From assembly GCA_012520295.1 (NCBI GenBank), contig JAAYOP010000137.1:631-64630 (forward strand): 64,000 bases of DNA. The letters are read 5' to 3'. Positions 37,941 through 46,638 of this stretch are shown here, in pieces. The notes under the pieces are model-generated. The model saw nothing but the letters and a program-made list of their open reading frames with translations, had not been told where the DNA came from and made no database searches. This DNA is from Clostridiales bacterium. Lineage in GTDB: Bacteria; Bacillota; Clostridia; Oscillospirales; Oscillospiraceae. The position numbers were made by a program, and so were the translations under genes. Numbering within the stretch: the stretch's first letter is position 1; each line of letters opens with the position of its first letter.

Positions 37941-38738
37941 ATGAAACTTTTTGATCTCACCGGAAAAACCGCAGTTGTAGTAGGCGGAGCCGGAGGTCTT
38001 GGACAGTCTATTGCTCAGGGTTTGGCCGAAGCCGGAGCAAAGGTGTTGATTTCCAGCCGTAAGGAAGAATCTCTGAAGAGAGCTCAGGAAGAAATAAAGG
38101 CCGCCTGCGGCAAGGATGTTTTTTGCTACGCCGCAGACGCTACTGATGAAGACCAGGTAATAAGCCTCCTCAATGCCGCGATTGAAAAGATGGGGAAAAT
38201 TCAAGTTCTGGTCAACGCACAAGGTTTCAACAAAAAACAGGATGCACTGGATTTTGATATCAGCGTGTTTCGACAGATGCTGGATGCCAATGTCACCAGC
38301 TTTATGATTACAGCTAAGCATTTCGGCCGTCACTTTAAGGAAAACGGTTACGGAAAAATCATCAACCTCTCCTCTGTCCGCGGAAAAATTGCAACCAAGG
38401 GAACAGGTAATGCCGGCTATTGTTCCACAAAGGGCGCCGTTGATATGCTGACCAAGCAGCTGGCCTCAGAATACGGCCAGTATGGGATAACAGTCAATGC
38501 CATAGGCCCGAATATCACAGCGACTCCCATGATGATCCCGGTATTTGAAAAGCGTGCGGCGGAAGCCGGGGTTGACGTGGATACATATCTTAAGCAACAG
38601 GGCGCTGGTAATCCGATGAGAAGGATGGGGATGCCCGAGGATATCGTAGGTACCGCCATCTTCCTTGCATCACCTGCTTCAGACTTTATGACCGGCAACA
38701 TTCTCTATCCTGACGGTGGGCTAACCGCTATAGGTTGA
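37941..38738 (+). CDS. short-chain dehydrogenase/reductase, candidate NADPH phloroglucinol reductase
   Basis: A 265-aa classical SDR has the motif GGAGGLG and the catalytic S...YxxxK (YCSTK). The function is assigned from the neighbouring cyclase, dehydrogenase and BKACE genes. Confidence 0.6.
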   Translation: MKLFDLTGKTAVVVGGAGGLGQSIAQGLAEAGAKVLISSRKEESLKRAQEEIKAACGKDVFCYAADATDEDQVISLLNAAIEKMGKIQVLVNAQGFNKKQDALDFDISVFRQMLDANVTSFMITAKHFGRHFKENGYGKIINLSSVRGKIATKGTGNAGYCSTKGAVDMLTKQLASEYGQYGITVNAIGPNITATPMMIPVFEKRAAEAGVDVDTYLKQQGAGNPMRRMGMPEDIVGTAIFLASPASDFMTGNILYPDGGLTAIG

Positions 38739-38751
38739 TTAAACAAAAGGA

Positions 38752-38791
38752 AAAGGGTGGCTCACAAAAAAGAGACACCCTTTCTTTTTTT
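38752..38791. terminator. bidirectional terminator between the SDR and MerR genes
   Basis: AAAGGGTG...CACCCTTT is followed by TCTTTTTTT. An A-run lies on the other side. Confidence 0.6.
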
Positions 38792-38802
38792 AACACACAT
38801 AT

Positions 38803-39615
38803 TTATATACTCTCCTCAATGGGAAGCCATACTTCAAAATATCCCGTTACCTTATTGTCTTCTACGACGCTGCACGCCAGATTGCCAAAAGCGCAGTCCG
38901 AGATGACGTAATTATTCTCTTTCGCGTATTCCATCATATAATCCAGATGTCGTGCGGTAAACCTGTCCTTACCTATGCTTTTAAAGGCCGAATGAATGCA
39001 AAGCCGAGAGGGCATGTGTTTTACGGGAGGGCTTATATCGACATCGAATTCCTTTACATACCTCATACTCAGCGAAAATCCCCAGGAATAGTCGTCCCCT
39101 TCACCGAGAAGATCTTCTTCGGATATTTCGAAGTACCGCTTAGTAAACGGCATATATTTCAGCCATTTCCTTGACAGAAGCTGAAGCTCAGAATCATTGT
39201 CATATTTCTTGTTGTATCTGTTTAAGTATCTGACAAATTCCGCACTGCGCCTTATGTCGCACTTCCCGATATATTTTTTAATATTTACAAGACTTTCATA
39301 GTATTTTCTTATGCGCTGCAGTAAAAGCTCTTGGTATCGGATATTCTTCGTAATCTCTTCGCTTTTTTCCCTCAAATCGTCCATCAGCATTTCATATGTG
39401 CTCGCTGAGACAATCTGTGCCACATGGTCAATTCCAAATCCGAAATTTTTAAACCAGAGGCAATCAATCAGAAAATTAATATCCCAAGTATCATAATATC
39501 TATAGTTATTAGAGGGATCCTTTTCCGGTGATACTACGCCTTTTTCTTCATAATAACGGATTAGATCGGGCGATATTCCAAGGATTCTAGCCACATCACC
39601 AATCTTATACTTCAT
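38803..39615 (-). CDS. MerR-family regulator with C-terminal GyrI-like effector-binding domain (BmrR-type architecture)
   Basis: The ORF has the N-terminal MerR HTH (MKYKIGDVARILGISPDLIRYYEEKGVVSPEKDPSNNYRYY), then a coiled-coil linker and a C-terminal domain of about 150 aa ending in GYFEVWLPIE. GGAGGG lies 8 nt upstream of the start. Confidence 0.8.
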   Translation of the reverse strand: MKYKIGDVARILGISPDLIRYYEEKGVVSPEKDPSNNYRYYDTWDINFLIDCLWFKNFGFGIDHVAQIVSASTYEMLMDDLREKSEEITKNIRYQELLLQRIRKYYESLVNIKKYIGKCDIRRSAEFVRYLNRYNKKYDNDSELQLLSRKWLKYMPFTKRYFEISEEDLLGEGDDYSWGFSLSMRYVKEFDVDISPPVKHMPSRLCIHSAFKSIGKDRFTARHLDYMMEYAKENNYVISDCAFGNLACSVVEDNKVTGYFEVWLPIEESI

Positions 39616-39664
39616 AGTTAGAACCCTCCTACAGAATAAACTACATTATTAACTTATTTAGTAT

Positions 39665-39692
39665 ATTATAACTGATTTTTAAGGATTGTCCA
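39665..39692 (-). promoter_or_regulatory. candidate promoter of the MerR-family gene
   Basis: The minus strand reads TGGACA-16 nt-TATAAT. It is back to back with the cyclase operon promoter. Confidence 0.4.
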
Positions 39693-39712
39693 TTGAAAGT
39701 TGTGAGATTCCC

Positions 39713-39743
39713 TTGACTTTGGAACGGTGCCAAGGTTTAGAAT
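39713..39743 (+). promoter_or_regulatory. MerR-type promoter (19-bp spacer with dyad) of the phloroglucinol-pathway operon
   Basis: The sequence reads TTGACT-19 nt-TAGAAT. The spacer contains TTGGAAC-G-GTGCCAA. It is divergent from the MerR-family gene and is a near copy of 32894-32929. Confidence 0.6.
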
Positions 39744-39800
39744 AATATTGCCATTACTTTTAATTTAATTTTATTATTTTATATAAGGAGGATTTATAAA

Positions 39801-40688
39801 ATGGCCTATATGCCACTCGACAAAAGCAAATTATATCTTGACAGGACAAAGATGACAAAGATATATGATCTTAGTCAGCCTTGGGGCGTTGACACTCCCC
39901 TGTGGCCGTTTCCGGGAGCCCGGCAGGATCTGGTATTTCCCCGCGGACAGTATCTGGGACGTTTCCACAAGAGAACTATGACCTATACTGGCACCCTTCA
40001 CGCCGGTACTCATATGGATGCCCCCAATCATGTCCTTCATGAGGAAGAAGTCGATCGCGAGCGAAATGGCTATACCTTTGCCGAGATTCCCCTGGAATAT
40101 ACCATAGGAACAGGTGTAATTCTCGACATGCGCCATTTGAGAGATGAATTCGAAGCAAAATGGAAAACAGGCTTCGAACCTGATCTCTGGTACGAGCTCA
40201 AGCCTGAGGATTTTGAAAAGGCATGCCAGAAGGACGGCCTGGAAATACGCGAGTATGACTGGGTTGTGGTAAATACCGGTTTCCATCATTACTGGAGAAA
40301 AAACAACGACAAGTACTATAATTATTATCCGGGCATGGGCCCCGAGGTTGCCAAGTGGCTTATTCACGAAAAGCGTATAAAGGGTATTGCCGGAACATGG
40401 GGCGCAACAGATGCTCCCCTGTGGCACGCTCCCCTTTCTGAGCAGATGCCATGGCTCGATAAAGCCTACAGAAAGGCAACAGGAAGAGATCCCGATGTGG
40501 ATTTCCCCGACTACGAACCCTGTCACCGTCTTTTCATGCAACACGGAGTTTGCACTGTTGAAAATGCCGGTGGCAATATTGACGAGGTTACCGGAAAGCG
40601 CATGATAATCAGCGCTACCCCGTTCCGCTGCGAGATGGCCGACGGTGGATTCGTCAGACTGGTGGCTTGGGAAGAAGGTTCTTTCTAA
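39801..40688 (+). CDS. cyclase-family metal hydrolase, candidate dihydrophloroglucinol cyclohydrolase
   Basis: A 295-aa ORF has the cyclase/kynurenine-formamidase metal motif HxGTHxDxPxH (HAGTHMDAPNH). A strong AAGGAGG RBS precedes it. Confidence 0.6.
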   Translation: MAYMPLDKSKLYLDRTKMTKIYDLSQPWGVDTPLWPFPGARQDLVFPRGQYLGRFHKRTMTYTGTLHAGTHMDAPNHVLHEEEVDRERNGYTFAEIPLEYTIGTGVILDMRHLRDEFEAKWKTGFEPDLWYELKPEDFEKACQKDGLEIREYDWVVVNTGFHHYWRKNNDKYYNYYPGMGPEVAKWLIHEKRIKGIAGTWGATDAPLWHAPLSEQMPWLDKAYRKATGRDPDVDFPDYEPCHRLFMQHGVCTVENAGGNIDEVTGKRMIISATPFRCEMADGGFVRLVAWEEGSF

Positions 40689-40720
40689 ATAATCGATTTT
40701 ATTCGCAGTAATACAAACAA

Positions 40721-40758
40721 GCACATAATGACCAGATAAATATTTGGTCATTATGTGC
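40721..40758 (+). promoter_or_regulatory. 14-bp perfect intercistronic hairpin
   Basis: GCACATAATGACCA-10 nt-TGGTCATTATGTGC lies between the cyclase and dehydrogenase genes. It has no U-tract. Confidence 0.4.
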
Positions 40759-40789
40759 CTTGAAATCAGTAAAGGGACTGGTCATAATA

Positions 40790-41752
40790 ATGTTAACGCT
40801 TAATGATATCAAAAAAATCGCGGTTCTGGGTGCCGGAACCATGGGGCCCGGTATCGCCCAGATTTTTGCCATGGGCGGTTATGATGTTACAATGTGGACC
40901 CGCAGCGAGGCAACTCGTAATAAAGCCAGGGAAACCCTCCACAAAAGTCTGGAGACCTTTGCCGAAGAGGATCTTTTAGCTAAAAACCGGATAGAGGATG
41001 TGTTCGGCAGGGTTAGCTTCGCCCCCACGGTAGAGGAGGCTGTGGATGGCGCGGACTTTATAATGGAAACCATTGTTGAGAATAAGGACGCAAAAACAGA
41101 GCTGTTCAAGCAGTTGGATGCATGCATAGGAAATGATTGTATATTAGCGTCCAATACCTCCGGACTCAACATTTTTGAGCTCATTCCCAAACACAGACTG
41201 CCCCAGATGGTCATTGCCCACTGGTATTCTCCGCCGCAGCTTATTCCTTTGGTTGAGGTAGTTAAAAGCGAGCAGGCCCCCGAAGAATATGCAGCGATAA
41301 CGGTGGAGCTTTTAGAGAAGTGCGGTAAAACCCCTGTTCTGATGAAAAAATTTATCAGAGGATATATAGCCAACCGCTTGCAGATGTGTCTCAATCAGGA
41401 GGTTTTCTATCTTCTTGACAATGGCTATTGCACTCCTGAAGATATAGATAAGGCCGTCAAGTCCAGCTTTATACCCAGAGCAGTAGTGCTCGGTCTATGC
41501 AAACGCGCCGATTTCGGCGGCCTTGATATGACAGCCAATAATTTCAAAAATAAGAGCTATCAGCTTCCACCGCCTGTGGATATGCCCAAGACCCTGGCAG
41601 AACATATAGAAAAAGGAGAGCTTGGTCTAAAAACCGGCAAGGGTTTCTATGATTATACGGGAGTCGACAAGCAGGCCCTGCTGGCAAAACGCGACAAGCA
41701 ACTGTTTGAAGTATTTAAATTAGCTAATAAATTCATGGAAGATCCCGTCTAA
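40790..41752 (+). CDS. 3-hydroxyacyl-CoA dehydrogenase-family NAD enzyme, candidate (S)-3-hydroxy-5-oxohexanoate dehydrogenase
   Basis: The ORF has a Rossmann N-terminus (KKIAVLGAGTMGPGIAQIFAMGGYDV) and an Hbd-like C-terminal domain. The start was set at MLTLNDIKK. An upstream TTG at 40760 is possible. Confidence 0.6.
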   Translation: MLTLNDIKKIAVLGAGTMGPGIAQIFAMGGYDVTMWTRSEATRNKARETLHKSLETFAEEDLLAKNRIEDVFGRVSFAPTVEEAVDGADFIMETIVENKDAKTELFKQLDACIGNDCILASNTSGLNIFELIPKHRLPQMVIAHWYSPPQLIPLVEVVKSEQAPEEYAAITVELLEKCGKTPVLMKKFIRGYIANRLQMCLNQEVFYLLDNGYCTPEDIDKAVKSSFIPRAVVLGLCKRADFGGLDMTANNFKNKSYQLPPPVDMPKTLAEHIEKGELGLKTGKGFYDYTGVDKQALLAKRDKQLFEVFKLANKFMEDPV

Positions 41753-41788
41753 ATAAAATATTACGATATATGAAAGGAGTAGAGCATC

Positions 41789-42703
41789 GTGGCCAAGTCC
41801 AATAAGATAATTATACAGTGCGCCCTTTGCGGTGCAGGAACAAAAAAAGAACAGGCTCCTACCGTTCCCTATACACCTGAGGAGATTGCCGAGCAAATTG
41901 TAGAAGTTGCGAAGGCAGGTGCTTCCATCGCCCATATCCATGTACGTGAGGATAAGATGGTAGACGGTAAGATGCAGATTGGCTATAAGTCCATGAGCCT
42001 TGAGAAATTTACCGAAGCCGTCGAACTCACTCGGAAAGCCTGTAAGGAAGCCGGGGTTGACATAATCATCAACCTTACCACCTCAGGAGGCGAGTATGAA
42101 GATTACAAGCGCCTACAGCATCTGGGCGCCCTGAGGCCTGAAATGTGTTCTTTTGACCCCAACACCCTTAATTGGGCCAACAGCTATATCTTTGAAAATA
42201 GCCCCCGCTTTCTCAACCTGCTGAGCCAGGAAGTTGTAAAATATGATATTAAGCCTGAATTTGAAATATTTGATACGGGGCATATAGACAGTGCTATGCA
42301 TTATGTGAATAAGTGGAATATTCCCAAGCCTCCCCATCTCCAGTTTATAATGGGTGTAGGCGGCTCTATGCCCGGCACCGCCGAAAATCTCGCTTTTATG
42401 GTAAGCAAGCTTCCGGAGGGAGCCACCTGGTCGGTTTCCGGCATCGGAAGAACCCACTTACCCATGATGCTGGCAGGCCTTGCCTTGGGATGTGACGGTC
42501 TGCGTGTCGGCCTTGAGGACAATATATACTATTCCAAGGGCGTTGTTGCCACCAATCTTCAGCTGGTAGAGCGCGCTGTAGAGCTGGCAAAACTGGCCGG
42601 CCGTGAAATTGCCACTGCCGACGAGGCCAGAGAGATACTTGGCATTACGCGCAACTGCCTGCGCGATGAGAAGACATATGAGCCCACATTTAAGGCCGAA
42701 TAA
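41789..42703 (+). CDS. BKACE (beta-keto acid cleavage enzyme, DUF849) family protein, candidate triacetate acetoacetate-lyase
   Basis: A 304-aa ORF starts at GTG after AGGAG. It has the BKACE N-terminal signature (IIIQCALCGAGTKKEQAPTVPYTPEEIAEQIVEVAKAGASIAHIHVRED). Confidence 0.65.
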   Translation: MAKSNKIIIQCALCGAGTKKEQAPTVPYTPEEIAEQIVEVAKAGASIAHIHVREDKMVDGKMQIGYKSMSLEKFTEAVELTRKACKEAGVDIIINLTTSGGEYEDYKRLQHLGALRPEMCSFDPNTLNWANSYIFENSPRFLNLLSQEVVKYDIKPEFEIFDTGHIDSAMHYVNKWNIPKPPHLQFIMGVGGSMPGTAENLAFMVSKLPEGATWSVSGIGRTHLPMMLAGLALGCDGLRVGLEDNIYYSKGVVATNLQLVERAVELAKLAGREIATADEAREILGITRNCLRDEKTYEPTFKAE

Positions 42704-42812
42704 TATAACTCATGTATTATAAAAAATAATAAAAAGTAAAATACTAAAGAACCACAGGTTTATCGGAGTTTCCCGCTGACCGGTGGTTATAAGAAAGGAA
42801 TATAGTTATAAT

Positions 42813-43487
42813 ATGGCAAAAAGCAAGGTTGTTTCAATTGACGAAGCCATGGAAAAGATCCACAGTGGACAAACACTCATGGTTCCTGGTTTTGTCAACT
42901 GCGGCGTACCACAAACGCTTATCGCCGCCATACTCGAACGTGGATACACTGATTTAAACATCATATCCAACAATACCAGCGTAAAGGGTAAAGGTATCGG
43001 AAAGCTTGTCCACGCAAACCGTATAAAGCATATTACCTGCTCTCATATAGGCAATAACACTGAAACAGTGGAAAAGGTTGTGGCCGGCGAAATCAATGTT
43101 ACATTCGTTCCCCAGGGTACCCTGTGTGAGAGAATTAGAGCGGGCGGTGCCGGTATTGGCGGAATCCTTACTCCCACCGGTCTCGGAACCCCGGTTGAAG
43201 AAGGTAAGCAGGTAATTGAGATAAACGGAAAGAAATATCTTTTGGAACTCCCTCTTCGGGCAGATGTAGCTATTATACACGCCTATAAGGCGGACAAGAT
43301 AGGTAACTGCATATATCACAGAACTGCCCGAAACTTCAATCAGATTATGGCCACAGCGGCTGATTTCGTTATCGTCGAAGCTGAAGAAATTGTTGAAGTC
43401 GGCGAGTTGGACCCCGATATTATAGTCACACCAGGATGTCTTGTTGATATGGTTGTGCAGGCCAGATTGGAGGATAGAGATGAATAG
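42813..43487 (+). CDS. atoD: 3-oxoacid/acetoacetate CoA-transferase subunit A
   Basis: The ORF shows family-I CoA-transferase A subunit features (MAKSKVVSIDEAMEKIHSGQTLMVPGF, VPQGTLCERIRAGGAGIGG). Confidence 0.85.
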   Translation: MAKSKVVSIDEAMEKIHSGQTLMVPGFVNCGVPQTLIAAILERGYTDLNIISNNTSVKGKGIGKLVHANRIKHITCSHIGNNTETVEKVVAGEINVTFVPQGTLCERIRAGGAGIGGILTPTGLGTPVEEGKQVIEINGKKYLLELPLRADVAIIHAYKADKIGNCIYHRTARNFNQIMATAADFVIVEAEEIVEVGELDPDIIVTPGCLVDMVVQARLEDRDE

Positions 43488-44133
43488 CAGAGAATTTATA
43501 GCAAAGAGAACTGCCAAGTTTTTTAATGATGGCGACCTTGTAAATCTGGGGATAGGCATGCCCACCTTGTGCCTGAATTATCTGCCTGAGGATGTTGATA
43601 TCTGGATTCAGTCGGAAAACGGAGTAATCGGCCTTGATGGAACCCCCAAAGAAGGAGAATATGCAGATCCCGATATAGTTGACGCTTCCGGATCAATCTC
43701 AACCATGCGGGTCGGCGGATGCTGCTTTGACAGCTTTACGTCCTTCGGCTTAATTCGCGGAGGACATGTCAATGTTACCGTTCTGGGCGCCTATGAAGTC
43801 GACCAGGAGGGTAATCTGGCAAACTGGAGTGTTCCGGGAAAAACTGTTGCCGGAATGGGCGGCGCAATGGATCTTGTATCTGGAGCACAGCTTGTCATTG
43901 TAATGACAATGCACTGTGATAAATACGGGAATCCGAAAATATTAAAAAAGTGTACACTGCCCTTAACGGCGGTAAACGAAGTAGACTATATCGTTACTGA
44001 GCTCTGCGTCCTACACCATACGGAGGAAGGTCTTGTACTGGAAGAGCTTGCCCCGGGTGTTACCGTTGAGGAAGTAGTTTCTAAAACCGATGCTGAGCTT
44101 ATAATACCGGAGAAAATCGGAAGTATGGAATAA
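43480..44133 (+). CDS. atoA: 3-oxoacid/acetoacetate CoA-transferase subunit B
   Basis: The ORF begins MNSREFIAKRTAKFFNDGDLVNLGIGMPT and contains the SENG active-site Glu motif (IQSENGVIG). It overlaps the subunit A stop by 8 nt. Confidence 0.85.
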   Translation: MNSREFIAKRTAKFFNDGDLVNLGIGMPTLCLNYLPEDVDIWIQSENGVIGLDGTPKEGEYADPDIVDASGSISTMRVGGCCFDSFTSFGLIRGGHVNVTVLGAYEVDQEGNLANWSVPGKTVAGMGGAMDLVSGAQLVIVMTMHCDKYGNPKILKKCTLPLTAVNEVDYIVTELCVLHHTEEGLVLEELAPGVTVEEVVSKTDAELIIPEKIGSME

Positions 44134-44365
44134 TCCTCCACTTCCATAATATCCCGCCCTATTAAGCGGGTATCAATGCAATAACAGCAAAAGCATAAGC
44201 TTTTGCATCCAATCCTATTCCTTTAATAAAAATAACTATTTGCCAAGCACCGAATCGGGTTCTTTTACGTGGTTAACTGAATATGCCTGAGGGCAAAATA
44301 GCCGGAACTCGACTCGACTTGTTCAATCACATCTTATTGTAAATATATATCAGGAGAGATATGAA

Positions 44366-45901
44366 TTGTCAGTTCAGTTGATTGTCATCTTGGTTTATTT
44401 TGCCCTTACGGTTTTAATAGGGGTTTTGTCATCCAAGAAATCTAAAACTTCAGATTCCTTTCACGGGGCTGCTATGGGCATATTCGCCATAGTGGCCGCT
44501 TCTGCCGGAGAATGGCTTGGAGGCACAGCCACTACGGGGGTATCCGAATACGGTTTTGACTACGGTCTGTCAGGGGCCTGGTATACGATTTCCAACGGCA
44601 TTGGAATAATGTTTTTGGCCTTACTGTTTGCCAAGCTCTATCGAAGCCTGAATACCGTAACAGTGCCTGGAATAATCGAGAAATTTTTCGGAGTTAAGGC
44701 CAGAACGGTTTCAAGTATATTGCTTACAATCGTTATGCTGGCTGTCGGACTCTCTCAGATGATTGCCGCAGGCAAGCTGGGCCAGTCCCTTCTGGGCTTT
44801 CCGTTTGCACCAACAGTTATAGTTTTTGCAATAATTTTTATTGTTTATACCCTGGCAGGCGGTATGAATGCAGTGTCTTCAACAAACAAAATGCACCTGT
44901 TTGTTATGTACGGCGGTGTAATTCTGGCCCTTATCTTTGCTGTTCTGAAGATTGGCGGTTTTGATGCAATATTTAAGGGTCTGGACGGAGCAAATATGTC
45001 CAACGAAACTAAAGAGGCTTTACTGTCCGCCGGTAAATCTATGGAAAGCATTAAGGAAATGGAGAGTGTGAGCGCGGACAGATATTTCAATATGTTCACA
45101 ATCGGAATGCCCAAGGTCTCATCCTGGATAATTGCGTCCTTGCTGGGAGCCTGCACCGCTCAAGCCGGTATCCAGCCTGTGCTGGCCGCCAAAGACGTGC
45201 CAACCGCGAAAAAAGCCTGTATTATTACAGCCCTTGTCGCCGCTCCCTTTGGTCTTTTTACAGCTTTTCTTGGAATGTCGGCAAAAGCAATGTTTAACAC
45301 TGGAACAATGCTCTATGACAAGTCGGACGCTCTCCTTAACGGAAAGTCCGCTCTTCCGACACTGATGATGAATATACATAGCGATCCCACAGTAAACGGT
45401 ATCATCGGCGGCCTGGTTCTGGCTTCCATACTTGCCGCCATATTATCCACCGTATCTCCAATTATTCTTTCAGCAGGCACAATGATAACAAAAGACCTCT
45501 ATCAGCGTGTATTAAAAACCGATGCCACCGATGCACAGGTTCTCAGAATGTCACGCATTACTACGGCTTTGTCCGGTGTGGTGTGCATGCTGGGTGCCTT
45601 ACTGCTTGTTCAGGCAAGTGCGGTGCTTGATATTGTATACGCGGCTTATTCCCTGCGCGGTGCGCTTTTTATAGTAGTATTGCTTGGTATCTACTGGAAG
45701 CGCGCCTCCGAAAAGGGCGCCTGCTGGAGTATGGTGCTGACCGGCGTTGTGGCAATCCTGTGGAAGGTCACACAAATGGTAACTGGCCATTATCCAATTT
45801 CGAATTTTATCACCGAAACATATGCAGCGGTAATAATAGCATTTATCGCAACTGTAGCCTTTAGTTTTATATTCCCAAAGAAAAAAATAGAGCAGGGTTA
45901 A
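44366..45901 (+). CDS. sodium:solute symporter (SSS) family transporter
   Basis: A 511-aa polytopic ORF starts at TTG 7 nt after AGGAGA. It is the last gene of the pathway string. Confidence 0.8.
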   Translation: MSVQLIVILVYFALTVLIGVLSSKKSKTSDSFHGAAMGIFAIVAASAGEWLGGTATTGVSEYGFDYGLSGAWYTISNGIGIMFLALLFAKLYRSLNTVTVPGIIEKFFGVKARTVSSILLTIVMLAVGLSQMIAAGKLGQSLLGFPFAPTVIVFAIIFIVYTLAGGMNAVSSTNKMHLFVMYGGVILALIFAVLKIGGFDAIFKGLDGANMSNETKEALLSAGKSMESIKEMESVSADRYFNMFTIGMPKVSSWIIASLLGACTAQAGIQPVLAAKDVPTAKKACIITALVAAPFGLFTAFLGMSAKAMFNTGTMLYDKSDALLNGKSALPTLMMNIHSDPTVNGIIGGLVLASILAAILSTVSPIILSAGTMITKDLYQRVLKTDATDAQVLRMSRITTALSGVVCMLGALLLVQASAVLDIVYAAYSLRGALFIVVLLGIYWKRASEKGACWSMVLTGVVAILWKVTQMVTGHYPISNFITETYAAVIIAFIATVAFSFIFPKKKIEQG

Positions 45902-45911
45902 ATGTTAAGTC

Positions 45912-45955
45912 AGCCCCGATTTGAGCCTGAGCTCAAATCGGGGCTTTCTGTCTTT
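45912..45955 (+). terminator. intrinsic terminator after the symporter
   Basis: AGCCCCGATTTGAGC-CTGA-GCTCAAATCGGGGCT is a 15-bp perfect stem. T-rich sequence follows it. Confidence 0.8.
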
Positions 45956-46044
45956 ATTTACAGGAACACAGACTTATAATCCGGCCATCTTATATAACTT
46001 GCAGAGGACATATGAATAAATAATAAATTATGGTAATTATGGCA

Positions 46045-46073
46045 TTGAAAAATTCCGCTCGTGTATGTATAAT
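46045..46073 (+). promoter_or_regulatory. candidate sigma-A promoter of mobB
   Basis: The sequence reads TTGAAA-17 nt-TATAAT. It lies about 55 nt upstream of the mobB ATG. Confidence 0.5.
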
Positions 46074-46128
46074 AGCATTTACTTAAATCACCATGTGCCG
46101 ATGAAATTCCGGCCAGTTGAGGATATGA

Positions 46129-46638
46129 ATGAATGCAACTATACCTATATATTCATTTGTCGCTTTTTCCGGAACCGGGAAAACAACGCTTCTGGAAAAA
46201 CTCATTCCCGAACTAAAAGCAAGGGGCTTACGCGTAGCCGTTATAAAACACGATGCCCATGACTTCAATATAGACCATGAGGGCAAGGACAGTTGGCGGA
46301 TGACTCAGGCGGGAGCCGATGTAACGGTAATCGTATCTGGTAAAAAAGCCGCCATAATGGAAAACCGTCCAACATCCGTGGAGGATCTGATAGAAAAGAT
46401 TACAGATGTGGATATACTCTTGACGGAGGGATATAAGCACGGCGGGTGGAAGAAAATCTGCATATACAGACAGGCCTCCGGAAAACCGCTGGCCATTGAG
46501 CCGGAAAAATGCTTCGCCATCATGTCCGATGTACCCCTTGATGTAAAAACCCTTTGCCTCGACATTGACGATATTTCGGGCTTGGCCAAACTTATCATCG
46601 AAGACGCACAAAAAAGCAGGAGGAAGGAAGATGATTAA
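46129..46638 (+). CDS. mobB: molybdopterin-guanine dinucleotide biosynthesis adaptor MobB
   Basis: A 169-aa ORF has a P-loop (FSGTGKTTLLEKL) and the motif VAVIKHDAHDF. Confidence 0.8.
   Translation: MNATIPIYSFVAFSGTGKTTLLEKLIPELKARGLRVAVIKHDAHDFNIDHEGKDSWRMTQAGADVTVIVSGKKAAIMENRPTSVEDLIEKITDVDILLTEGYKHGGWKKICIYRQASGKPLAIEPEKCFAIMSDVPLDVKTLCLDIDDISGLAKLIIEDAQKSRRKEDD

Noticed and set aside
39831-40751. A 306-aa ORF on the minus strand, opposite the cyclase gene. Similar long antisense ORFs lie at 34109-34966 (285 aa), 33200-33925 (241 aa), 15351-16142 (263 aa), 8120-8920 (266 aa), 20621-21280 (219 aa) and 25335-25943 (202 aa).
   Set aside because: Each lies entirely antisense to an ORF with clear family motifs and proper RBS and operon context. 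Their translations are low-complexity or Cys/Arg/Ser-rich with no recognisable domains and no RBS. They are typical shadow frames.
44290-44312. A short direct repeat, ACTCGACTCGACT, upstream of the symporter gene.
   Set aside because: It has only about 2.5 copies of a 5-mer and no symmetry or conserved promoter context. It is likely chance.
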